Shown: in pieces, positions 56,689 through 64,000 of the stretch
Layout: the number at the start of each line of letters is the position of its first letter
How positions within the stretch are numbered: the stretch's first letter is position 1
Assembly: GCA_963828525.1 (NCBI GenBank)
Contig: CAWHEP010000005.1
Span: 32,001-96,000, forward strand
DNA: 64,000 nucleotides
Direction: 5' to 3'
Source: an uncultured Verrucomicrobiae bacterium
Lineage (GTDB): Bacteria; Verrucomicrobiota; Verrucomicrobiia; Chthoniobacterales; Chthoniobacteraceae
The notes under the pieces: generated by a model
Database searches by the model: none
Told to the model about the DNA's origin: nothing
Seen by the model: only the letters and a program-made list of their open reading frames with translations
Made by a program: the position numbers and the translations under genes

Positions 56689-58596
56689 TTGAAAATAGCG
56701 TATCTCTACTCCCGATTCCCTGTTGTATCGCAGACCTTTTGCGATACGGAGATGATGGCTCTCGAGCGCCAGGGGGTTGAGATAGAGATAGCCTCCATCC
56801 ATGCTCCGCCAACAAGTTTCCGGCATGCTGCCCCTGCGGATCTGAAAGGCGAGATTTTTTACGCGCCGCCACAACCTATCCTGAAGCTGTGGGAGGATGC
56901 CGCGCGGCGAGACGGCCGGTGGCCCGCCGCATTGATCGCGGAGCATGAGCAAAGATATGGAGCGGATTGCAAGGCCAGCCTTCGCGCTCGGAATGCTCTT
57001 CTCTTTGCGGATCGCTTTCGCCGGCAGGGTATCCAGCATGTTCACGCGCATTTTGCGAATCGCGCGGCGCACACCGCTATCTTCATCAAGAAGCTGAGCG
57101 GCATACCCTTCAGCTTAACCGCGCATGCCCAGGACTTTATGGTGGAATTGGGCAGCAACAAGGAGCTCTTTCGCGAGATGTGCCGCGAGGCTGCGTTCGT
57201 CGTCGCGGTGAGTGAATACAGCCAGAAACTGCTTTGTGAGCTCTGCCCTGAATCGCGCGACAAGATCATCCATCTCTACAATGGGATCGATCTAGATCGG
57301 TTTGAATGCGCGCCTCCTCCGGAGGACGGTGGAGATTTGCGCATCCTGAGCGTTGGGCGGCTCATTGAATTCAAAGGATTTCAGCATCTCATAGCCGCGT
57401 GTTCGCGTCTGCGGGACCGGGGCGTTCCCTTCGCGTGCCAGATCGCCGGCGAAGGTCCGATGAGAGATGTTTTGGAGCAGCAGATCGCGCGCGCGGGCTT
57501 GGACGTGCAAGTGCGTTTGATCGGGGTGGTTCCGCAAGAGGAAGTGGCGCGGTTACTTGCGGCGTGCGACGTCTTTGTGCTGGCTTGTACGGTGGATGGG
57601 TCTGGCGCTTATGATGTCCTTCCGACTGTCATCCTTGAGGCGATGGCTGCGGGGCGCCCAGTGATCTCGACACGCCTCGCCGGTGTCCCGGAGATGGTCG
57701 CTGATGGCGAGAATGGCTTGCTGGTGTCCCCCGGCAGCGAAGAGGAGCTCGCGAACGCTATCGCGATCATGGCTGGGGATTCCGCGTTGAGGCGCGCTTT
57801 GGGACACGCGGGCCGCGTGAGAGCGGAAGCCACATTCAAGGTGGAACACACCTCTGCTCTCCTAAAGGAAGCGTTCGCCAAGACCTTGGCGCCCACGGGG
57901 TTGAAGATGTCCTCGGATTCCGTTGAGCCGGTTGCATTGCTTTACCTCGTTGACCAATGGCCGCAGGCAGCGGGGTCCGCGATGGAGGAGGAACTGTCAC
58001 AGGCTCGCGCGGACGGCACCCCGATGAAGGTTTATGCTTGCCGGACGGGATCGATGCTGGCGCTGGAGCCAAACGTCGGGGGATCAACCTTCCAGGAGAT
58101 AGAGTTCCTGCCGGAGGACGTGGTGCTGGAAGCGGAATGGACAGAGAGGCAAGCGGAGGCGGCGAAGATGGAAGATTGGCGGGCCGAACTTGGCTCGGAT
58201 CTCACCAGACAAGTGTTTCTGGAGCATGCGAGATACGCGGTTTATCTACTCAAAGTGGCGCGGCGTCTGGATGTCCGGCACGTCCACGCCGGATCTTCCA
58301 GGGCGCTGCTTTGCGCGTGGCTCCTGCGGAAAATGCGCGGACAGCTCACTTTGAGCGCCAGTTTCGAAAACACACTTGCCCTCCCGCTGAGCTGTGTTCA
58401 GAAGCTCTCCGCCTATTGTGTGGGTGGCCGCCTCGGAGAGCCGGAGGCGAATCTCCCACGGGGAGCGATGCCTGCCTTCGCTCGCGCGCAACCGGCGGGC
58501 ATTCTACAAAGAGTTAGCCGGGCCTTCGGATGGAGACGCCCCCCGGTGGTGTGTCCCGTCTTGGATCAGCAAGCCACGGAGATGCCAAGATCCTGA
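56689..58596 (+). CDS. GT4 glycosyltransferase (WcaL-like) with C-terminal extension
   Basis: HVHAHFA, VGRLIEFKG and PTVILEAMA. Confidence 0.88.
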   Translation: MKIAYLYSRFPVVSQTFCDTEMMALERQGVEIEIASIHAPPTSFRHAAPADLKGEIFYAPPQPILKLWEDAARRDGRWPAALIAEHEQRYGADCKASLRARNALLFADRFRRQGIQHVHAHFANRAAHTAIFIKKLSGIPFSLTAHAQDFMVELGSNKELFREMCREAAFVVAVSEYSQKLLCELCPESRDKIIHLYNGIDLDRFECAPPPEDGGDLRILSVGRLIEFKGFQHLIAACSRLRDRGVPFACQIAGEGPMRDVLEQQIARAGLDVQVRLIGVVPQEEVARLLAACDVFVLACTVDGSGAYDVLPTVILEAMAAGRPVISTRLAGVPEMVADGENGLLVSPGSEEELANAIAIMAGDSALRRALGHAGRVRAEATFKVEHTSALLKEAFAKTLAPTGLKMSSDSVEPVALLYLVDQWPQAAGSAMEEELSQARADGTPMKVYACRTGSMLALEPNVGGSTFQEIEFLPEDVVLEAEWTERQAEAAKMEDWRAELGSDLTRQVFLEHARYAVYLLKVARRLDVRHVHAGSSRALLCAWLLRKMRGQLTLSASFENTLALPLSCVQKLSAYCVGGRLGEPEANLPRGAMPAFARAQPAGILQRVSRAFGWRRPPVVCPVLDQQATEMPRS

Positions 58597-59837
58597 AGAA
58601 CAACTCCGTTGCCGCTGTCATACCGCTGTTTAATCACCAGCGTTACGTCGCGGAAGCCATTCAGTCGCTGCTATCGCAGACGCGGCCTGTCGAGCGCGTT
58701 ATCATCGTTGACGACGGCTCGACGGATGGGTCGATGGATGTTGTCCGTGGCTTCTCCGATCCACGCGTCTCGGTTGTGTCACAGCCGAACTCAGGAGCGC
58801 ATGCCGCCATAAACCACGGAGTTGAGATTGCGGGAGATTGCGAATACGTGGCTATTCTTAATTCCGACGACATTTACCAACCCTCCAGGGTGGAAAAGTG
58901 CGTGGGATTTCTCCAGCAAAACCCGAATCTGGAGATGGTTTTTACCGGCCTCGAATTGATAAATGAAGAAGGGCGGAAGCTGGAAACCGCGGAGCCCCGA
59001 GCGAAGTGGTTTGATGCGGCGCGCTCTTTGGGAGCCGATGAAACTCCGCTGATCGAGTGGCTCGGCAAGGCAAACGTTGCGGTTACAACCAGCAATTTCT
59101 TCGCGAGGCGCGCTTACCTTTTGCGCAATCCGTTGCGGCCCTACCGGTATGTCCACGATTATCACGCCCTCGTGTCCTGCGCGCTCGAGGGAAGGCTTGG
59201 CCGGCTGGAGGAAAGTCTCCTTTGCTACAGGGCGCATGCAGGCAACACAATAGCCGTGCGCCCCCTGGTGCTTGGTCGCGAGATGTTGCGCATGAACTTC
59301 GATCTGCTCCGCGAAGCGGCGCCGAGGCTGGCGGAGAATGCCGAATTGCGGGCGGCGGTGGCTGCATACCAACGCGCCGCCTGGGATAGCATATCCAGCT
59401 TCCACGCCGGGGTTTTTGCATCCTGCGCCGCTTTCGTGTTGGCGCGGGCGGCCCCGGATTTGATCGAGGATGCCTTGCGAATAGCGGAGCGGATGCCTGA
59501 GATGGAAGAGACGGCCAACCGATCGCTGCTCACCGGGCGTGAGCCTGGAGTCACCGTTGTATCTGCCCTTGGCGACAAGTACGCGGCTTTGCGGAAAGAG
59601 CAAATGGCGTGGCGGGAGTATGCTGCTTTGCTGGAGGGTGTTTCGAAGTCTCGATGGCTGGCCTTGCAGCGAGCGTTTGGCGGTGGCGCGCAGCTCACCA
59701 GCGGCGGAGGGAAGACGGTGCTTGAGAGGCGCGCGTTTTTGAAGGCGCGTCTCCAGGGGTCTCGATGGATTTCGTTAGGCGCTCTGCTTGGAATAAAATC
59801 CGCTCGAACACTAAGAGGCGTGGCGCGCGACGGCTAG
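58530..59837 (+). CDS. GT2 glycosyltransferase (start uncertain)
   Basis: VIPLFNH, DDGSTD and LNSDD. Confidence 0.88.
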   Translation: METPPGGVSRLGSASHGDAKILKNNSVAAVIPLFNHQRYVAEAIQSLLSQTRPVERVIIVDDGSTDGSMDVVRGFSDPRVSVVSQPNSGAHAAINHGVEIAGDCEYVAILNSDDIYQPSRVEKCVGFLQQNPNLEMVFTGLELINEEGRKLETAEPRAKWFDAARSLGADETPLIEWLGKANVAVTTSNFFARRAYLLRNPLRPYRYVHDYHALVSCALEGRLGRLEESLLCYRAHAGNTIAVRPLVLGREMLRMNFDLLREAAPRLAENAELRAAVAAYQRAAWDSISSFHAGVFASCAAFVLARAAPDLIEDALRIAERMPEMEETANRSLLTGREPGVTVVSALGDKYAALRKEQMAWREYAALLEGVSKSRWLALQRAFGGGAQLTSGGGKTVLERRAFLKARLQGSRWISLGALLGIKSARTLRGVARDG

Positions 59838-59947
59838 GGCGGGCTGCGCGGTGCTTGCTTTATGGGCTATTTTAACGAACATGTTATCGCGGCAGAGGGG
59901 CAGTCCAGCCCTCTCCCGCTCGTCAAACCAAATAGGAGCACGCCTCG

Positions 59948-61855
59948 ATGCCACCGCCCATAAAGCCGAAGACCCGCAAGAAAACTCCCCCGATTTGGGT
60001 TCTGCTCCGCCAAAGTTGGGGGCCGTACCGGTTCCTTTCCAGCTATCTAAAGCCGCATATGACGCGGTTTGTTCTTGGTCTCATCTGCGGCGGCGTAAGC
60101 GGAGCGATCAGCGGACTCATGCCGATTGTTACACTCTTCGCCTTCTCTCATATCGTCCCCAACGGGAATGGAGTTGCTCGTCCCTCATTTGGCAACTGGA
60201 AAGCCCTCGGTTCAGCCACCGGCCCGGCGTTCCATCCCACGACAGTTGTCTGGCTGGCTTGCATGGCCATTCCCGCCACGATGGTGGTGAACAGCGTCTT
60301 TGATTTTCTTGACGGTTATCTTTGCGCCTGGGTCAGCATGCGAGTGCTCAGCGACATCAAGGTCAAGCTGTTCGGCAAAATCATCCGTCAGTCCATGGAT
60401 TTCTTCAACCAGATGCGCTCTGGCAACCTGATCTCGCGCGTCGCCAACGACACGAGGATGGCGCAGCAGGCGCTTGCCTCCCTCAGCGTAGATGCCGTCA
60501 AGCAACCCATTACCATCATCGGCGTCCTTGTGAGCCTCTTTCACATAGACGCGAGGTTCACTCTCATTACTCTGTTTCTTTTTCCGGTCTGCCTCGTGCC
60601 GATTGCCTTTTTTGGAAACAGATCGCGCGCTGCGGGCCGGGCCGAAGAAGACGAGCAGGGGATGATGACGGTCATTCTTCAGGAAAGCTTTGCCGGCATA
60701 AAAGTCATTAAATCCTTCGCTCGCGAGGCGAGCACGCATGAAGAGTTTCAAGGCAGCAGCCTGCGGCAGTTTTCGATGGCCATGAGGGTGCGGCGGGCAA
60801 TGGAGATCGTTGGGCCGATGGTGGAAGCTATCGCGAGCATTGGTGTGGGGTTGGCTCTGTTCTACGTCTATTGGGCACAGTTGCCCGCTGCCAAACTCAT
60901 TGGTCTGCTGACGGGCATCACCCTCCTTTATCCGCCGATCAAGAGCCTTGCCCGAATCCATGTGGTATTGCAGAAGTGCCTCTCCGCTACCACAGGCATC
61001 ATGCAGACGATGGAGTTGATACCGACCATACAGGATCTGCCGGACGCGAAGAAACTCGGGCATTGTAAAGGAAGTCTGGAGTTCAAGGACGTGACGTTTG
61101 CTTACAATCCAGCCCGTCCGCCTGCGGTTTCCAACGTGTCGCTGAAGATTCTCCCCGGCAAAACATACGCGCTTGTGGGCGAGAGTGGCGCGGGAAAGAG
61201 TTCGATGCTTTCCCTTATCATGCGCTTCTATGATCCCACATCGGGCACCATAGAACTGGATGGCCAGGACATCCGCTCGGTCACTCAGGAATCGCTCCGC
61301 GAGCATATAGGCGTCGTGAACCAGGACACGTTCCTGTTCCATGATACCATCTTCAAGAACATCCAGTATGGCCGGCTGGATGCTACAAAGGAGGAGGTGA
61401 TCGAGGCCGCCAAGGCGGCTTACGCGCATGACTTCATCCTGGAGCAGGATAATGGCTACGAAACCATTGTCGGCGACAAAGGCTGCCGCATCTCGGGGGG
61501 ACAGCAGCAGCGCGTCGCCATCGCGCGGGCAATCCTCAAGAACGCGCCGATTCTCCTGCTCGATGAGGCAACCTCCGCCCTCGACTCCGAATCCGAGTTA
61601 AAGATCAAGGACGCCTTGGAGAAATTCTCCTCAGGACGCACCGTCATCGCCATTGCCCATCGTTTATCTACCATCCTGCGTTCCGACCAGATCGTAGTGA
61701 TGGATAAGGGCCGTGTCCGGGATGTGGGTACGCACCATCAGTTGCTCGAGGATTCGATTCTATACCGTCGCCTGTACGAGCTGCAGTTTAGCGGACACGA
61801 CGATGTCGCGGCTGTCGCTCCGACCGTGGAGGAACCGTTGCTGGTGAACGCCTAG
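59948..61855 (+). CDS. MsbA-like ABC exporter (TMD+NBD)
   Basis: GESGAGKS, ISGGQQQR and LLLDEATSALD. Confidence 0.93.
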   Translation: MPPPIKPKTRKKTPPIWVLLRQSWGPYRFLSSYLKPHMTRFVLGLICGGVSGAISGLMPIVTLFAFSHIVPNGNGVARPSFGNWKALGSATGPAFHPTTVVWLACMAIPATMVVNSVFDFLDGYLCAWVSMRVLSDIKVKLFGKIIRQSMDFFNQMRSGNLISRVANDTRMAQQALASLSVDAVKQPITIIGVLVSLFHIDARFTLITLFLFPVCLVPIAFFGNRSRAAGRAEEDEQGMMTVILQESFAGIKVIKSFAREASTHEEFQGSSLRQFSMAMRVRRAMEIVGPMVEAIASIGVGLALFYVYWAQLPAAKLIGLLTGITLLYPPIKSLARIHVVLQKCLSATTGIMQTMELIPTIQDLPDAKKLGHCKGSLEFKDVTFAYNPARPPAVSNVSLKILPGKTYALVGESGAGKSSMLSLIMRFYDPTSGTIELDGQDIRSVTQESLREHIGVVNQDTFLFHDTIFKNIQYGRLDATKEEVIEAAKAAYAHDFILEQDNGYETIVGDKGCRISGGQQQRVAIARAILKNAPILLLDEATSALDSESELKIKDALEKFSSGRTVIAIAHRLSTILRSDQIVVMDKGRVRDVGTHHQLLEDSILYRRLYELQFSGHDDVAAVAPTVEEPLLVNA

Positions 61856-61883
61856 CAGTGTCCGCGGCTGAGAATCGCCGCCT

Positions 61884-63503
61884 CTACGGAAGCAAGTTTG
61901 CCCCAGTGAGCAGCCATATCTGCCGAGCGCCGCTGCTGCTCATCCAGACAAGGCGCGTGTATCCATCATTGCCCGCTGCAATAGACGTTGCGGCCCACCC
62001 GGAGTATGGGCCAAAGATTGCCTGGCTGAAGGAGTGGCCCGCGTTATCGACAGTGCGGACGCAAACTGCTCCGGAATCGTGAGTCCAGAGGATGCGCGTC
62101 CGGTTATCCACAGCGACAGCGGCGTCGGTGATGTTCCATCCGGACGGGAGTCTGAAGTTGAATGCTGCCGCCACGCGGTTATCCGCTGAAAGGAGCCACA
62201 GGCTGCACGCTCCTCCCGGCGCGCCCCAGATGACGCGCGTGAGATCGTCATGCCCTCCCGAGGCGGCCTTCGGGGTCCAACCAGGGTAGGGGCCATACGC
62301 CATCGCATGGGTGATGCCTCCCTGGTTGTCCAGCGTGGATATGTTCATCGCCCCATTGGAGTAGCGGCTGATGATTCTCGTCTGGTCGTCAGCTCCAACA
62401 GTGGCGTCAATGATGGAGCGAGCCGTCGCGCCATAATTGTACGTGGCGTTGAGCGTGTTATCGGGATTCATCAGCCACAGAGAAAACGCGCCGTTCGGCC
62501 CGCGCGATATCAAGCGGGTGAACCCGTCGGATCCGCAGGCCACAATGCCGGGCGCGAAGCTCTCAACGCCGGGGAAGGTTTGGACGTTGAGCGCGCCTCC
62601 TCCGGGGCGCACTGTTTCGAGCTGCGCCTGCCCGGAGGGGCTGTTGGACAACACCCGCGCGCCATTGTCCCTGCCCACGGCGACATCCGAGGCGACCGGA
62701 GTTGATAGGTTCGTCAGCGTCAACGAAGCGCCAGTCGCCGCCATCGCCTTGTTAAGCTGGGGAACGTAGAAGGGGATAAAAGAGTCGTAATCCACATTCA
62801 CCGCAATCGCGTAATGCATCGCGACAAGCGTCAGCGCCCCGTTTACCGGAATAAATGTCGGGCTGCCGGAATCCCCGGATTCGACCTGCGCGTAATTTGT
62901 GATCTGCCGGAAATTGGTCACGAGCACGCGGGTCTGGTCAGAGGAGGTCTCGCTGTGGTCTGTAAAGGCACTCACCGTATTTATACCCACGAGGGCCGAC
63001 CAGCCATAGACCAGCACTGGCAGATTGAGATACGCCTGCTCGTTAGGGAGGGCCAGGATCGGGTAGAAAGAGACTCCATCAGACGCTGGAATCGGAGCGC
63101 TCAAGTGCCCCAGCGCAACGTCCGAGGCTTTCCCGTTTCCGTATTGCGTTTGGTCATAGCCAGTGACCTTGTAGGTTTTGAGCTGACCCGCGCGATTCAG
63201 GAATATCAGGTTGCTTCCCACCGGAACTTCGTGGTGCGCGGCCGCGACAAAGTATTGCGCGCTGACCATCGTCACGCTCTGTTTCGAGTCGAGTGCCGAC
63301 CACCCCACTCCTGAGAAATCAAACCCCTTCCCGACAAAGCTGGAGGATGTATTTGGGACGGGCGCGGACGGGTATCCCGCTGAGAAGCGATTGTTCGCGG
63401 CGGCCGTCTCGTTGAAAATGACCAGGCTCCAAGCGTGAGAAGCAGTCCCAAGCAGGATAAGAAGGGAGGCAAACCGAAAGAACGACTGTTTGAGTAAAAT
63501 CAT
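61884..63503 (-). CDS. Secreted trypsin-like serine protease domain plus six C-terminal repeats
   Basis: AAAHH, SDVAL and GDSGSP triad motifs; about 46-aa repeats in the C-terminal half. Confidence 0.7.
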   Translation of the reverse strand: MILLKQSFFRFASLLILLGTASHAWSLVIFNETAAANNRFSAGYPSAPVPNTSSSFVGKGFDFSGVGWSALDSKQSVTMVSAQYFVAAAHHEVPVGSNLIFLNRAGQLKTYKVTGYDQTQYGNGKASDVALGHLSAPIPASDGVSFYPILALPNEQAYLNLPVLVYGWSALVGINTVSAFTDHSETSSDQTRVLVTNFRQITNYAQVESGDSGSPTFIPVNGALTLVAMHYAIAVNVDYDSFIPFYVPQLNKAMAATGASLTLTNLSTPVASDVAVGRDNGARVLSNSPSGQAQLETVRPGGGALNVQTFPGVESFAPGIVACGSDGFTRLISRGPNGAFSLWLMNPDNTLNATYNYGATARSIIDATVGADDQTRIISRYSNGAMNISTLDNQGGITHAMAYGPYPGWTPKAASGGHDDLTRVIWGAPGGACSLWLLSADNRVAAAFNFRLPSGWNITDAAVAVDNRTRILWTHDSGAVCVRTVDNAGHSFSQAIFGPYSGWAATSIAAGNDGYTRLVWMSSSGARQIWLLTGANLLP

Positions 63504-63678
63504 GAATCTGATTGGGGAATCGAGGGAGGCGATTGCTGGATCGGGATGAACTCACTCAGCCCTTGAAAGCTGTCAATCCCCCTTCGGGGATGAATGGGAG
63601 CAGAGTACGTGCCGCAAATGGTTTGCCGTCCCCCGCGCGCTGGAGTATCCTCGTTCTGGAATTGTGGCGCGTCACGCT

Positions 63679-64000
63679 ATGACAATCAGATATCTATCCC
63701 TTGGGCTCTTTCTGGTGTCGCTGCTTCTCCTCTGCGACGAAAGGGCAGTTGCGCAGACCGTCTCAATTCCGACATCCGGCCAGGGCTCCAGCATCAACGC
63801 GCTTGTGCTCGCGCAAATTGAGTCCATGCCTCGCGGCGGTTCGTATGCGACCACTCGCGCCGCGACGAATCGCCTCCAATCTTCCGTGCGCTTCGAGTCG
63901 GACAATTTCATTGTCCTGCCGGGCGAAGCTTCGCCAAGCTACTGCTCAGGGGCGACCTATCTTGTATTTCTTAAGACGATCGCGGCGCTCCGCGACAGCG
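63679..64000 (+). CDS. Secreted hypothetical protein (partial)
   Basis: MTIRYLSLGLFLVSLL...MPRGGSY...PSYCSGATYLVF; open to the window end. Confidence 0.6.
   Translation, partial: MTIRYLSLGLFLVSLLLLCDERAVAQTVSIPTSGQGSSINALVLAQIESMPRGGSYATTRAATNRLQSSVRFESDNFIVLPGEASPSYCSGATYLVFLKTIAALRDS

Noticed and set aside
63545..63600. TTGACA on the minus strand and a small hairpin upstream of the protease gene
   Set aside because: No acceptable -10 element at the proper spacing; too weak to call.

Overview
GC-rich bacterial chromosome segment, most consistent with a Verrucomicrobiota (Chthoniobacter/Spartobacteria-like) genome. That assignment is inferred from the PEP-CTERM protein, the VWA/prenyltransferase-repeat cluster and the Porin_5-type porins. 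Many genes are split by single-base frameshifts, concentrated at 0-0.7, 6-15 and 43-50 kb, which look like long-read consensus errors. From left to right: (1) the distal end of a type I-G (I-U) CRISPR-Cas operon (csb1/cas7, csb2/cas5-6, then a cas4 cut off before its C-terminal Cys cluster; no cas1, cas2 or array in the window). (2) A lower-GC patch with a DnaQ-like exonuclease, gene fragments, a truncated DUF4160/DUF2442 pair, an attC-like site and a VOC gene. (3) A VWA / coiled-coil / prenyltransferase-repeat envelope cluster. (4) A PEP-CTERM metalloprotease-like gene and a thioredoxin. (5) A phosphoketolase-PPK2-acetate kinase-HAD-class I aldolase-SDR cluster. (6) A large multidomain glycosyltransferase, a GH27 gene and a beta-helix(GH141-like)-GH3 fusion. 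(7) Three pseudopilin/PilX-like genes followed by a GT87. (8) A two-component system plus an RND efflux operon with an embedded RraA-family gene. (9) Two convergent paralogous porins sharing a Thr/Gly/Val-rich insertion. (10) A stand-alone 5'-3' exonuclease ending in a clamp-binding-like motif. (11) GT4/GT2/ABC exporter genes and a secreted protease with six C-terminal repeats. No rRNA, tRNA, transposase or CRISPR array was recognised.
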